From NCBI GenBank assembly GCA_003601775.1, contig PIYN01000008.1, positions 18,880-82,879 on the forward strand: 64,000 bases of DNA. Reading direction: 5' to 3'. Shown here piece by piece: positions 54,647-64,000 of this stretch. Source of the stretch: Candidatus Bathyarchaeota archaeon (GTDB taxonomy: Archaea; Thermoproteota; Bathyarchaeia; TCS64; PIYN01). A program made the translations under genes and the position numbers. The notes below the pieces were generated by a model that worked only from the letters and a program-made list of their open reading frames with translations, ran no database searches and was not told the origin of the DNA. Numbering within the stretch: position 1 is the first letter of the stretch; every line of letters starts with the position of its first letter.

Positions 54647-55168
54647 CTACTTGTAGGCGTCCCAGACTTCATCCCCGACGTAGTGGAGGTTCTTTATCGC
54701 CTTCCCCTTCCTCATCTCCCTCACCTCCGCTGAGCTGAAGAGGGATAGGCCGAGGGCCAGGGCCTTCCCATATCGCTCATCCCTGACGACGACCAGCTCA
54801 TCCTTCTCGAACTCCCCCTTGACCTCCGTGATGCCCGGGGCCATGACGTCCGCCCCTCGACAGATGTAGGGGACGGCCCCCATATCCACCACGACGGCTG
54901 GTAGATGCTCCAAGACCTCTCGATATAGCAGGGTGGGGAGAAGCCTTCCCCCAATCCTGAGGAGGAGGGGTCTCTCCTCCACGAAGAAGAGGCGCACGTC
55001 CTCGCTGATCCTCCCCTCCTCGACCCGACCTAAGGGTATCTCAACACCCAGCTGACTCCGCGCCTCCCTCAGTAGGAGGCGTACCTCCCTGGCCTTCAGG
55101 AACCTCCTCCTCACCCGCGACGTCCCCATACGCCCTCTCACACCCATAAAAATAATAAGGTGATCCAA
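54647..55168 (-). CDS. PUA-domain RNA-binding protein (Tma20/MCT-1-like)
   Basis: 173 aa. Contains CRGADVMAPGITEVKGEFEKDELVVVRDERYGKALALGLS...KGKAIKNLHYVGDEVW. Confidence 0.82.
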   Translation of the reverse strand: MDHLIIFMGVRGRMGTSRVRRRFLKAREVRLLLREARSQLGVEIPLGRVEEGRISEDVRLFFVEERPLLLRIGGRLLPTLLYREVLEHLPAVVVDMGAVPYICRGADVMAPGITEVKGEFEKDELVVVRDERYGKALALGLSLFSSAEVREMRKGKAIKNLHYVGDEVWDAYK

Positions 55169-55175
55169 TCAAACC

Positions 55176-55565
55176 TTGAGTAGGAATATATATCCTTTAA
55201 GAGTTGTGGAGCTGGAGAGATTGACCGGAGTTGAGGAGTCCTTGAGGAAGGTCATCGATAGGATACTGGGGGGCAAGAAGCCCGCCCCTGCCTCCCCCCC
55301 TGAGATGTATCTCAAGGCGATCCCCCTAAGGACCTATGAGGATGTCGATATCATCAAATCCGAGGTCAGGGCCGGGAACATCGTCATCACAAACGTCTCC
55401 CCCCTGGCCAAGAGGAGCATAGAGGATGTGAAGCGCGCGATAAGCGAGCTCAGCGAGTACATGACCCTCCTGGAGGGAGATATCGCCCGGCTCGGCGAGG
55501 AGAGGGTCGTCCTAACCCCGAAGAATGTGAAGATCTGGAGGGGAGAGGCGAAGAAGGAGGGCTGA
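55176..55565 (+). CDS. sepF: SepF-like cell-division protein (DUF552)
   Basis: 129 aa. Contains YLKAIPLRTYEDVDIIKSEVRAGNIVITNVSPL...AISELSEYMTLLEGDIARLGEERVVLTP. Confidence 0.72.
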   Translation: MSRNIYPLRVVELERLTGVEESLRKVIDRILGGKKPAPASPPEMYLKAIPLRTYEDVDIIKSEVRAGNIVITNVSPLAKRSIEDVKRAISELSEYMTLLEGDIARLGEERVVLTPKNVKIWRGEAKKEG

Positions 55566-55587
55566 CCGCCCTTCAGGAGTCCCTCTT

Positions 55588-57504
55588 TTAGAGCAGCCTC
55601 ACGGTCTCCAGGATATCTGGAGTCCAGGTCGGCAGCTTATGGTGGCGTGAGATCGCCTTAGCGAGTTCATTACATTTCTCCTCCTCCCCGTGACAGATGA
55701 TGACATTCCTCGGCTTCGGCGAGATCCTCCTCACATAGCTCAGGAGCTGCTTCCTATCGGAGTGACCCGAGAACCCCTCGATGGTGTGGATCTGCATCCT
55801 CACCTCGGTGATCTCCATCTTCCCCTCGCTGTTGAAGGTCTGGACCTGGGTGAGGCCCGACTGGAGCCTCCGTCCCAGCGTCCCATTCACCTGGTAGCTC
55901 ACGAAGACGAGGGCGTTCTTCTCATCCTGGGCCAGCCTCTTGAAGTACTCGATCACCGGCCCTCCCTCCATCATCCCCGAGGTCGCTATGATGATACAGG
56001 GCCCTCCCTCCACGATCTCCTCCCTGAGATCCGGCTGCTTGACCGTCGTGAAGTACTCCGACTCGAAGGGGTTCTGCCCCTCGTGGAGTATCCTGTTCCT
56101 TATCTCCTTTGAGAGGAAGGAGGGGTAGGCCGTGTGGATGCCCGTCGCCTCGGTGATCATCCCCTCGATGTAGACAGGGACCTCCACGAGGTCCCCCCTC
56201 CGCATGTGGTTGTTGATGACCATCATGATCTCCTGGGCCCTCCCAACGGCGGGGACAGGGATCAGGACCTTCCCCCTCTTCAGGACGTGGTTGCAGAGGT
56301 TCACGAACCTCCTCTCCGTCTCGCTCCTCGAGGGCATGACATCCTTGGACCCGCCGTAGGTGCTCTCCATTATCAGGGTCTCAACCCTCGGGAACTGGGA
56401 GGCCGCGGGCTCCAGGAGGGAGGTGTAGCCGTACTTGAAGTCCCCCGTGTAGACGATGTTATAGAGGCCCTTCCCTACGTGGAGGTGGATGATGGAGGAG
56501 CCCAGGATATGCCCGGCGTTGTGGAGGGTGAGGCGGATATCGGGGGAGATGTCCGTGACCTCCCCATACCTCAGCGGGATGGTGTGGGTGATCACGGAGC
56601 GGATATCCTCGGGGCTGTAGGGGGCCATCCTCCCTTCCTTATGCATGACCTCCAGGTAATCCGACTGGATGAGGATCATGAGGCTGGCGGTGGGGAGGGA
56701 GCAGTAGACGGGCCCCCTATATCCATACTTGTAGAGGAAGGGGAGGAAGCCGCAGTGGTCGAGGTGGGCGTGGGAGATCACCACGGCGTCCAAGAGGTCC
56801 AGATCGAACTCCTCGACGTCTATCCTCGGGAAGCAGTTCAAGGGGTTTCCCATCCCGGGGTTGATGCCGCAGTCGAGGAGGACGCAGCTCTCCCTCGTCC
56901 TCAGGAGGAAGGCGGAGCGCCCCACCTCCCTGCTCCCCCCGAGGGCGGTGACCCTGATATCCCCAGGGGTGCTCAAGGTGGAACGGAAGATCTTCTCCCC
57001 CGTCTCCCGGAGGAACCTCTCCCTCTCCTTACTCCTGGAGTAGAGGTAGTTGCGGATCTGCTTGATCGTCGTCGATGAGATGGGCGGAGACCGGATGATG
57101 ATAGGGTTCCACCTCGTCCTCTTCACGATCTCCTGGAGGTTCGCCCCGCCCTTCCCTATGGCGAGCCCCGGCTTCTTAACCTCGATGGTCACCTCCCCGA
57201 GGGTGGGGTCGAAGACGATCTGGGTGATCCCCGCCTCCTCCGGCACGATGGCCCTCACCTCCCTCTCGGCAAGGGCCTCGTCGAGCCTCACGGAGGGGTC
57301 GGACCGAACGACGATTCTCTTCTTGATCAGACGGGCTATATCGGCGACGATGAAGCCCTGTTCCACCAGGACCTCCGGTCTCTTCGTGTAGATGGCTACC
57401 CTCGGACCCTCGAACTCGATCCTCGTGATCCCAATGTCCTCTGGGATCTTCTGCAGTATCGCCTCCCTTATCTCAACATAGGACATAGTCTGAGACCTGG
57501 TCAT
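55588..57504 (-). CDS. fttA: aCPSF1/FttA: KH-domain beta-CASP metallo-beta-lactamase ribonuclease
   Basis: 638 aa. Two N-terminal KH domains (GLAIGKGGANLQEI), the MBL motif ISHAHLDHCG, and the beta-CASP C-terminal part with FSGHSD. Confidence 0.92.
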   Translation of the reverse strand: MTRSQTMSYVEIREAILQKIPEDIGITRIEFEGPRVAIYTKRPEVLVEQGFIVADIARLIKKRIVVRSDPSVRLDEALAEREVRAIVPEEAGITQIVFDPTLGEVTIEVKKPGLAIGKGGANLQEIVKRTRWNPIIIRSPPISSTTIKQIRNYLYSRSKERERFLRETGEKIFRSTLSTPGDIRVTALGGSREVGRSAFLLRTRESCVLLDCGINPGMGNPLNCFPRIDVEEFDLDLLDAVVISHAHLDHCGFLPFLYKYGYRGPVYCSLPTASLMILIQSDYLEVMHKEGRMAPYSPEDIRSVITHTIPLRYGEVTDISPDIRLTLHNAGHILGSSIIHLHVGKGLYNIVYTGDFKYGYTSLLEPAASQFPRVETLIMESTYGGSKDVMPSRSETERRFVNLCNHVLKRGKVLIPVPAVGRAQEIMMVINNHMRRGDLVEVPVYIEGMITEATGIHTAYPSFLSKEIRNRILHEGQNPFESEYFTTVKQPDLREEIVEGGPCIIIATSGMMEGGPVIEYFKRLAQDEKNALVFVSYQVNGTLGRRLQSGLTQVQTFNSEGKMEITEVRMQIHTIEGFSGHSDRKQLLSYVRRISPKPRNVIICHGEEEKCNELAKAISRHHKLPTWTPDILETVRLL

Positions 57505-58184
57505 GGAGCCTTTTCCTTCCCGGCGTTCAGAAGGGCCCTCTTCTCCTCCTCAGACAGCTCCCTGTACCCCTCCTTCGTCACGAGGGCCACATCGAAGCTG
57601 TCCCCGCTGGCGATATCCCTCTTCATCGCCGAGTTCACGGCCCTTATGACGACGGGAAGCATCTCGCTCACACTACGATCCTCTCGGTACTCGTCCTCGA
57701 GGATCCCATAAGCTATCGGGGAACCCGAACCCGTGGAGACACACTTCTCCTCCGTCAGGCTCCCAAAGGGGTCGAGGGAGAAGAGGCGGGGACCTGATTC
57801 ATCGATCCCGCCGATGAGCAGCTGGAGGGGGAGGGGGGCACCCGCCTCACGGTTGGAGAAGAGGACGTTCGCGATGAGCCTCGCCGCCGCCGGGACGGAC
57901 ATGGAGCGGCCGAAGTTGAGGGAGAAGAGGGAGGAGTTCGCCCGTAGGACATCCACGATCTTCTGGGCGACGGCGACCCCGCCCGCGATGGTCATCGCCA
58001 AGTGATCGGCGATCTTGAAAACCTTCTTCGCCCTCTTATGCGCTATGAAGGTCCCCATAGTCGCCCTGGTATCCGTCGCGAGGATGACGCCATCCCTGCA
58101 GACGACCCCCAAGGTCGTGGTACCCTTCAACACACCGGGCCTCATTCCCTGACCTCCAAAGAGATGAAATCCTAGGTAGCTCAC
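57501..58184 (-). CDS. psmB: Proteasome beta subunit
   Basis: 227 aa. Propeptide followed by GTTTLGVVCRDGVILATDTRAT. It has a 4-nt overlap with the downstream aCPSF1 start. Confidence 0.92.
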   Translation of the reverse strand: MSYLGFHLFGGQGMRPGVLKGTTTLGVVCRDGVILATDTRATMGTFIAHKRAKKVFKIADHLAMTIAGGVAVAQKIVDVLRANSSLFSLNFGRSMSVPAAARLIANVLFSNREAGAPLPLQLLIGGIDESGPRLFSLDPFGSLTEEKCVSTGSGSPIAYGILEDEYREDRSVSEMLPVVIRAVNSAMKRDIASGDSFDVALVTKEGYRELSEEEKRALLNAGKEKAP

Positions 58185-58313
58185 CTAGAATCAAACTCAT
58201 ATAGGATGTTGAAGTGAAATTTAAAAACCTTTCTTAACCCTCTCCCTTCACCGTCTTGGGGGTTTCCTTCTCTTTAACAAGTTTTATCTTGGGGGAGGAG
58301 AAGGTTAAGGCGG

Positions 58314-59372
58314 ATGAGGGCTGTGGCGAGGATCCATAGGATAGACCTGCCCAGGATCGTCCTGATCGGGGAGGATGTGATAGATTCCCTGGGGGATATC
58401 TGCGGAGAGCTGGGGTTTCGGTCAGCCCTCCTCGTGAGCGGATACAAGACCTTCGAGATCGCGGGTAAAAGGGCCTTGGAGAACCTCAGGGCCTCTGGGA
58501 TGGAGGTGTGGAGGGCCCATGCGGGGAACTCAACCCTCGATTGCGTCTCGAGGGTCAAGGAGGAGATAAGGAGGCGTGGGTGCGACGTCGTGGTCGGGGT
58601 TGGAGGGGGGAGGGTGATAGATGTCGCGAAGATGAGCTCAGCGAGGGCGGAGAGGCCCTTTATAAGCGTCCCGACGACGGCCTCCCACGATGGGATCGCC
58701 AGCTCCGTCGCCTCCCTGAAGGGCCTCGACAGGCCCTACTCCATCCAGGCCCAAGCGCCGATAGCCGTGATAGCCGACTCCGGGATCATAAGGGCCTCCC
58801 CCTACAGGTTCACGGCGAGCGGGTGCGGGGATGTCCTCTCCAAGAGCGTGTCCGTCAGGGACTGGAGGCTCGCCCACTCCGTGAAGGGGGAGTACTACGG
58901 GGCCTACGCCGCCAGCCTCGCCCTGATGAGCGCCAACCACGTGATGGATTGGGCGGAGGAGATCAGGGCGCGGACAGAGGAGGGGATACGGACCCTCCTC
59001 GAGGCCCTGGTGAGCTGCGGCGTCGCCATGAGCATCGCCGGGAGCAGCAGGCCCTGCAGCGGCTCTGAGCACCTCTTCAGCCACGCCCTCGATATGATCG
59101 CCCCGAGGCCGGCGCTCCATGGGGAGCAGTGCGGCGTCGGGACGATCATGATGGCCCACCTGCATGGCCTGGACTGGGAGGAGACGAGGGAGACCCTCAG
59201 GCTCCTCGGCGCCCCGACGACCGCCGCCGAACTCGGCATAGGGGAGGAGTACATCGTTGAGGCCTTGGTGAGGGCGAGGGAGATCAGGCCGGAGAGGTAC
59301 ACGATCCTAAATGAGGTAAATCTCAGCCGCTCGGAGGCGAGGGAGCTCGCCGAGTTCTGCGGGGTGATATAG
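58314..59372 (+). CDS. egsA: sn-Glycerol-1-phosphate dehydrogenase [NAD(P)+]
   Basis: 352 aa. Iron-ADH/DHQS fold with GVGGGRVIDVAKM, TTASHDGIAS and SGSEHLFSHALD. Confidence 0.9.
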   Translation: MRAVARIHRIDLPRIVLIGEDVIDSLGDICGELGFRSALLVSGYKTFEIAGKRALENLRASGMEVWRAHAGNSTLDCVSRVKEEIRRRGCDVVVGVGGGRVIDVAKMSSARAERPFISVPTTASHDGIASSVASLKGLDRPYSIQAQAPIAVIADSGIIRASPYRFTASGCGDVLSKSVSVRDWRLAHSVKGEYYGAYAASLALMSANHVMDWAEEIRARTEEGIRTLLEALVSCGVAMSIAGSSRPCSGSEHLFSHALDMIAPRPALHGEQCGVGTIMMAHLHGLDWEETRETLRLLGAPTTAAELGIGEEYIVEALVRAREIRPERYTILNEVNLSRSEARELAEFCGVI

Positions 59373-59416
59373 GAGGAGGGTAGATTAAGTTTATATTTTT
59401 CGAAGTCCTTCAAGAA

Positions 59417-61627
59417 TTGGAGAGTTGTTGTAGTAGACGGTGTGTGATCGACTTGTCCAGCATCCAGTTGAGGGTTGCGGAGGCGAAGCAGCAGAGGGAT
59501 GTGGGGAGGAGTATAGCGAGGATAGACTCCGATGCGATGAGGGCGATCGGGGTCACGGTGGGTGACGTCATCGAGATCCAGGGGAAGAAGACAACGGCGG
59601 CTAAGGCATGGCCGGCCTACCCGGAGGACCAGGGGCTGGGGCTGATCCGCATAGATGGCTTCATCAGGAAGAACTGCGGCGCCTCCCTGAATGAGTACGT
59701 CACGGTCAAGAAGGCGGAGGTCGACTACGCGACCTACGTCAAGCTGGCGCCGGTGGATATCAGGATCAGCGTCGATAGCGACTTCGTGAGGTTCGTGAAG
59801 GACCGGCTGATAGATCGACCCGTGACCCGGGGCGACACGGTCCTGATCATGATGCTCGGCCACTCCGTCCCCTTCCTCGTCGTGAATACCAGGCCCTCGG
59901 GGATCGTCAAGATCGCCCCGACGACGGAGGTTAATATCCTGAGCGAGCCCGTCCCGGAGGTCGAGGTGACGAGGAGGACGACCTACGAGGATATAGGAGG
60001 CCTCCACGAGGAGATCCAGAGGATCAGGGAGATGGTTGAACTCCCCCTCAGGCACCCCGAGATCTTCCAGCGCCTGGGCATCGACCCCCCGAAGGGCGTC
60101 CTCCTTCATGGTCCTCCTGGGTGTGGGAAGACCCTCCTCGCGAGGGCCGTCGCCAACGAGTCCGACGCCAACTTCTTCGCCATCAACGGCCCTGAGATCA
60201 TGAGCAAGTTCTACGGCGAGTCAGAGGCTCGGCTGAGGAAGATCTTCCAGGACGCGGAGAAGAACGCGCCGAGCATCATCTTCATCGATGAGATAGACGC
60301 CATCGCCCCGAAGAGGGGGGAGGTCACCGGCGAGGTGGAGAGGAGGGTCGTGGCCCAGCTCCTCGCCTCCATGGACGGCCTCAAGTCGAGGGGGAACGTC
60401 ATCGTCATCGGCGCGACGAACAGGCCCGACGCCCTGGACCCCGCTCTGAGGAGGCCGGGGCGCTTCGACAGGGAGATCGAGATCGGGATACCCGACAGGG
60501 CGGGGCGCCTGGAGATCCTCCAGATCCATACGAGGGGGATGCCCCTCGCGGAGGACGTAGACCTGAAGAAGCTCGCGGAGATCACCCATGGATACACCGG
60601 CGCGGACCTCGCGGCCCTCTGCAGGGAGGCCGCCATGAAGGCCCTGAGGAGGTACCTGCCGAAGATAGACCTGGAGGAGAAGAGGATACCCCATGAGATC
60701 CTCGATCAGATGGTCGTCAACAGCGAGGACTTCATGAATGCCTTCAGGGAGATCACGCCGACGGCTATGCGGGAGGTCTACGTCGAGACCCCGAACGTGA
60801 AGTGGGAGGATGTGGGCGGCCTCGAGGAGGTGAAGGAGGCCCTGAGGGAGGCCGTTGAGTGGCCCCTGAAGAACCCGGAGGTCTTCACCAGGATGGGGAT
60901 CAAGCCGCCGAAGGGCATCCTCCTTCATGGTCCTCCTGGGTGTGGGAAGACCCTCCTCGCGAGGGCCGTCGCGACGGAGAGCGAGGCGAACTTCATCTCC
61001 GTGAGGGGGCCGGAGATCTTCAGCAAATGGGTCGGGGAGTCGGAGAAGGCGGTGAGGGAGATCTTCAGGAAGGCGCGGATGGCGGCGCCCTCCATCATCT
61101 TCTTCGACGAGTTCGACGCCCTCGTCCCCAGGAGGGGGATGGGGATCGCCGACTCCAGGGTGACGGAGAGGGTGATCAGCCAGATCCTCACAGAGATGGA
61201 CGGGCTGATAACGCTGCAGAACGTCTTGGTGATAGCGGCCACCAACAGACCCGACATCATCGACCCCGCGGTCCTCAGACCAGGGCGCTTCGACAGGATC
61301 ATCTACGTCCCGTCGCCGGACGAGGAGGCGAGGCTGAAGATCCTCCAGATCCATACGAGGGGGATGCCCCTCGCGGAGGACGTGGACCTCGCCGACCTCG
61401 CGAGGAGGACGGCTGGATACTCCGGCGCCGACCTGGAGGCACTGTGCAGGGAGGCAGCGTTGAACGCCCTGAGGAGGGATATAAACTCCAAGGAGGTCAC
61501 CTTGGAGGACTTCACAAGGGCGATGAAGGAGATAGTGCCTTCCATCACACCTGAGATGGAGAAGTGGTACCGGGAGGTCTCCCAGAGGTTCAAGCAGATC
61601 GAGAGGCCGATACCGGCGGTCGCATAG
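59417..61627 (+). CDS. cdc48: Cdc48/VCP-like AAA+ ATPase (N domain plus D1 plus D2)
   Basis: 736 aa. Two Walker A motifs ([14 protein letters not shown] twice), Walker B motifs IIFIDEID and IIFFDEFD, and the N-domain RPVTRGDTV. The exact start is uncertain (TTG 59417). Confidence 0.95.
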   Translation: MESCCSRRCVIDLSSIQLRVAEAKQQRDVGRSIARIDSDAMRAIGVTVGDVIEIQGKKTTAAKAWPAYPEDQGLGLIRIDGFIRKNCGASLNEYVTVKKAEVDYATYVKLAPVDIRISVDSDFVRFVKDRLIDRPVTRGDTVLIMMLGHSVPFLVVNTRPSGIVKIAPTTEVNILSEPVPEVEVTRRTTYEDIGGLHEEIQRIREMVELPLRHPEIFQRLGIDPPKGVLLHGPPGCGKTLLARAVANESDANFFAINGPEIMSKFYGESEARLRKIFQDAEKNAPSIIFIDEIDAIAPKRGEVTGEVERRVVAQLLASMDGLKSRGNVIVIGATNRPDALDPALRRPGRFDREIEIGIPDRAGRLEILQIHTRGMPLAEDVDLKKLAEITHGYTGADLAALCREAAMKALRRYLPKIDLEEKRIPHEILDQMVVNSEDFMNAFREITPTAMREVYVETPNVKWEDVGGLEEVKEALREAVEWPLKNPEVFTRMGIKPPKGILLHGPPGCGKTLLARAVATESEANFISVRGPEIFSKWVGESEKAVREIFRKARMAAPSIIFFDEFDALVPRRGMGIADSRVTERVISQILTEMDGLITLQNVLVIAATNRPDIIDPAVLRPGRFDRIIYVPSPDEEARLKILQIHTRGMPLAEDVDLADLARRTAGYSGADLEALCREAALNALRRDINSKEVTLEDFTRAMKEIVPSITPEMEKWYREVSQRFKQIERPIPAVA
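60099..60153 (+). repeat. 55-nt perfect direct repeat, copy 1 (D1 Walker A region of cdc48)
   Basis: tcctccttcatggtcctcctgggtgtgggaagaccctcctcgcgagggccgtcgc is identical to 60918-60972. Confidence 0.95.
60513..60558 (+). repeat. 46-nt perfect direct repeat, copy 1 (D1 lid region of cdc48)
   Basis: agatcctccagatccatacgagggggatgcccctcgcggaggacgt is identical to 61338-61383. Confidence 0.95.
60918..60972 (+). repeat. 55-nt perfect direct repeat, copy 2 (D2 Walker A region of cdc48)
   Basis: Identical to 60099-60153. A further 7 identical nt (gaagggc) lie upstream of one mismatch. Confidence 0.95.
61338..61383 (+). repeat. 46-nt perfect direct repeat, copy 2 (D2 lid region of cdc48)
   Basis: Identical to 60513-60558. 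Both copies encode [15 protein letters not shown]. Confidence 0.95.
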
Positions 61628-61639
61628 GGTAGGACCGGA

Positions 61640-61858
61640 ATGGTCAATAAAAGGCTGTTAGAGTCGACGATCGTCGAGATACTGATGAAGAACGGGGCCC
61701 TCGACTTCCCCTACATCTTCAAGTCCCTAAAGGACCGGTTCCAAGACATGGATGAGAGCGACCTGAACAGGGCGTTGATGAGGCTGGAGGTCAGGGGCCT
61801 CCTGCGGGTGTACAACATAGCGAAGGATAAGCTGAGGATCGAGCTTGTGAGGGGGTAG
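61640..61858 (+). CDS. Small hypothetical protein (72 aa), winged-helix-like
   Basis: Starts 12 nt after the cdc48 stop and ends 3 nt before the fen1 start. NRALMRLEVRGLLRVYNIAKDKLRIEL looks like a recognition helix plus wing. Confidence 0.55.
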   Translation: MVNKRLLESTIVEILMKNGALDFPYIFKSLKDRFQDMDESDLNRALMRLEVRGLLRVYNIAKDKLRIELVRG

Positions 61859-61861
61859 GGC

Positions 61862-62917
61862 TTGGGCGTCCAGCTCAAAGGGCTCCTCTCCCCGGTCAAG
61901 ATCAGCTTAGAGGAGCTCTCAGGGAGGAGCATCGCCTTCGACGGGAACAACGTCCTCTACCAGTTCCTCGCCATCATCAGGGGGAGGAGGGGAGAGCCTC
62001 TCCACGATGCCCAGGGGAGGGTCACGAGTCACTTGAGCGGACTTATCTACCGCAACTCTAATCTCATCGAGGCGGGGATCAAGGTTGCCTACGTCTTCGA
62101 CGGGAAGCCACCGGAGCTGAAGGAGGCCGAGATCGAGAGGAGGAGGAGGGCGAGGATGGAGGCGCAGGTCGAGTATAGGCGGGCCCTGGAGCGGGGGGAG
62201 GTCGAGGAAGCGAGGAAGTACGCCCAGAGGGCCGTATCCCTCGGCGACGCCATGGTCGAGGACGCGAAGAGGCTCCTCACCCTCATGGGGATCCCCTGGG
62301 TCCAAGCGCCCTCAGAGGGCGAGGCCCAGTCCGCCTACATGGCCCGGAAGGGGGATGTCTGGGCCTCCTCCAGCCAGGACTTCGACTCCCTTCTCTTCGG
62401 CGCCCCCAGGCTCGTGAGGAACCTCTCCATCACGGGGAGAAGGAAGCTCCCCAACAAGAAGGTCTACATCAAGATCGAGCCGGAGCTCATCGAGCTGGAG
62501 AGGATGCTGGGGGAGCTGGGGATCACGAGGGAGCAGCTCATCGATATCGGGATCCTCGTTGGCACGGACTTCAACCCAGAGGGGGTGAAGGGGATCGGGC
62601 CGAAGAAGGCCCTGAGGCTCATAAAGAAATACGGCTCCTTGGAGGAGGTGCTTCCTCACCTGGAGGGGGCTTCCTTCCCCTGCCCCATAGAGAGGATCAG
62701 GGAGATCTTCCTCAACCCCCCTGTGACGGATGACTACAGGCTGGAGTGGAGGCCGCCGGACGAGGAGGGGATACTGGAGTTCCTCTGTGAGGAGCACAGC
62801 TTCAACAGGGAGAGGGTGATGAAGGCCATCGAGAAGCTCTGGCGGGGGACGAGGAAGAGAGAGGAGACGACGACCCTCGATAAATGGTTCAAGGGCCCAA
62901 GGGTAAGACGACCGTAA
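61862..62917 (+). CDS. fen: Flap endonuclease 1
   Basis: 351 aa. Contains [43 protein letters not shown] and the H3[19 protein letters not shown]. Confidence 0.95.
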   Translation: MGVQLKGLLSPVKISLEELSGRSIAFDGNNVLYQFLAIIRGRRGEPLHDAQGRVTSHLSGLIYRNSNLIEAGIKVAYVFDGKPPELKEAEIERRRRARMEAQVEYRRALERGEVEEARKYAQRAVSLGDAMVEDAKRLLTLMGIPWVQAPSEGEAQSAYMARKGDVWASSSQDFDSLLFGAPRLVRNLSITGRRKLPNKKVYIKIEPELIELERMLGELGITREQLIDIGILVGTDFNPEGVKGIGPKKALRLIKKYGSLEEVLPHLEGASFPCPIERIREIFLNPPVTDDYRLEWRPPDEEGILEFLCEEHSFNRERVMKAIEKLWRGTRKREETTTLDKWFKGPRVRRP

Positions 62918-62968
62918 GTTCCCCAGCATAGTTCAGTCCCCTTACAGGGTCGAAGGGAGGAGGGAGGG

Positions 62969-64000
62969 TTGAAAGGATTAGAGCTGATCGTTAAGACGCC
63001 TCTGGGTCTGGAGAGGATCGTCGCCTCGAGGATCGAGGAACTGGGCGTGAGATGCCGTGTGACGGCGAAGCCCGGCGGCTATCCCGGGATCGTGGCCGTG
63101 GACTCCGTCCTCGACGAGGAGAAGGTCGAGTTGGCCGAGAGGATCAAGAGGGAGATCCCCGAGGCTGAGCGGGTCCTCGTCTCCCAGGAGGTCGTCGAGG
63201 CCGAGGAGGATGAGATCGTCGAGGCGGCCTTGAGGATCTCGAGGAGGTCCTTGAACAGGGATACGAGCTTCGCCGTCAGGACGGTCAGGCGTGGGAGTCA
63301 CCGCTACAGGAGCGTGGACATCAACCACAGGGTCGGGGCGGCCGTCGTAAGGGAGGTAGACGCCCCCGTCGACCTGGAGTACCCGGATAAGATCCTGTGG
63401 GTGGAGATCATCGACGACCTGGCCGCCCTCGGCGTCTTGGACGGGAGGGAGGTCTGGAGGAAGAGGAGCCCTGAGAAGCGGGATGTCAGGAGGTTCTTCT
63501 CCAGGGCCTCCGTCGTTCAGATGCCCTACCTCGGGCCGAGGGACGCCGCGAGGTCCATGGGGTCGAGGATCGGGAGGGCGGTCCAGATGTTCGAGGTGGG
63601 GGAGCTCGTCATCGCCGTGGCGGGGGCCGTAGATGCGAGGCAGCTCGGCTGGTTCATCCAAGGGGTCCTGGAGGGGGTTGAGTCCAGGTTCAGGGTACAG
63701 CAGAGGACCTACGCCCATAAGCCGAGGAGGGTGGAGGTGAGGGTCCAGGACCTCTACCAGCTGGTCAGGGACCGGAGGGGGGAACCTAAGGTCGTCTTCG
63801 AGCCCGAGGGCGAGGCCTTCCCGTCGGTGGCTGGGAGGCTGGCGGACCTCTTCCTCTCCGGAGAGGAAAGGATAAACCTCTTCTTCGGCTCAAGGGAGGG
63901 TATACCCAAGGGCATCTTCAGGCTCGCCGACCTCATCATCGACCTATGCCCAGGGATCACCCTCTCAACGGAGTACGCCGCCTCCTCCGCCCTCATAGGC
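62969..64000 (+). CDS. THUMP-domain protein fused to a SPOUT-like methyltransferase domain (partial, runs off the window)
   Basis: Open-ended ORF not in the track, hand translated from TTG 62969 after GGAGGAGGGAGGG. THUMP: SFAVRTVRRGSHRYRSVDINHRVGAAVV...VDLEYPDKILWVEI. SPOUT-like end: INLFFGSREGIPKGIFRLADLIIDLCPGITLSTEYAASSAL. No stop codon occurs through 64000. Confidence 0.7.
   Translation, partial: MKGLELIVKTPLGLERIVASRIEELGVRCRVTAKPGGYPGIVAVDSVLDEEKVELAERIKREIPEAERVLVSQEVVEAEEDEIVEAALRISRRSLNRDTSFAVRTVRRGSHRYRSVDINHRVGAAVVREVDAPVDLEYPDKILWVEIIDDLAALGVLDGREVWRKRSPEKRDVRRFFSRASVVQMPYLGPRDAARSMGSRIGRAVQMFEVGELVIAVAGAVDARQLGWFIQGVLEGVESRFRVQQRTYAHKPRRVEVRVQDLYQLVRDRRGEPKVVFEPEGEAFPSVAGRLADLFLSGEERINLFFGSREGIPKGIFRLADLIIDLCPGITLSTEYAASSALIG

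Noticed and set aside
58904-61354. 401-aa and 377-aa minus-strand ORFs (58904-60109 and 60221-61354)
   Set aside because: They are antisense to egsA and cdc48. Both plus-strand genes have unambiguous family motifs, and the minus-strand products are Arg/Pro/Asp-rich with no domains.
62978-63996. Minus-strand ORFs 62978-63718 and 63754-63996, the only ORFs the track lists here
   Set aside because: The plus strand carries an open-ended ORF (62969 to the window end) with clear THUMP and SPOUT-like motifs. It is missing from the track only because it has no stop codon in the window.

Overview
This is a 64-kb stretch of a high-GC archaeal chromosome. By eye it is over 60% G+C, with AGG/GAG-rich codon usage. 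Archaeal identity rests on sn-glycerol-1-phosphate dehydrogenase, ribosomal proteins S19e, L39e, L31e, LX and L18e, a histone, aCPSF1, the proteasome beta subunit, FEN1, Cdc48 and Spt5/SecE. I call about 70 protein genes and 2 tRNAs (Gly-UCC and Pro-CGG, both with encoded CCA). I found no rRNA, CRISPR array, transposase or integrase. Most of the window is core informational and metabolic genes:
- two ribosomal-protein/RNA-polymerase clusters
- LeuRS, AlaRS and SepRS
- NrdDG, GlmS, FolC, CofE, Taw1 and Nep1

NrdDG, SepRS and CofE point to an anaerobe with tRNA-dependent cysteine synthesis and F420. SepF suggests FtsZ-type division.

The most interesting non-core content, in order:
1. A tightly coupled three-gene module at 7178-12026. 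It encodes an enlarged NurA-like nuclease with a winged-helix-like insertion, a divergent HerA-like ATPase and a Pol-beta-type nucleotidyltransferase. It is not linked to mre11/rad50.
2. A lower-GC left-edge segment encoding a Cdc48 N-domain-only paralogue of the full-length cdc48 found 58 kb away.
3. A roughly 0.7-kb island of about 27-30% GC encoding an ORFan membrane protein.
4. An endonuclease V fused to an alkyltransferase-like domain whose catalytic Cys is replaced (PLHRV).
5. Perfect 55-nt and 46-nt nucleotide repeats between the D1 and D2 AAA+ modules of cdc48.
6. Four orphan ECF S-component-like membrane proteins within 7 kb.
7. An apparently tail-less, short ribosomal stalk protein P0.

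All functional calls come from reading the translated ORFs against family motifs I remember. No database search was run. GC values are eye estimates from a few counted lines.
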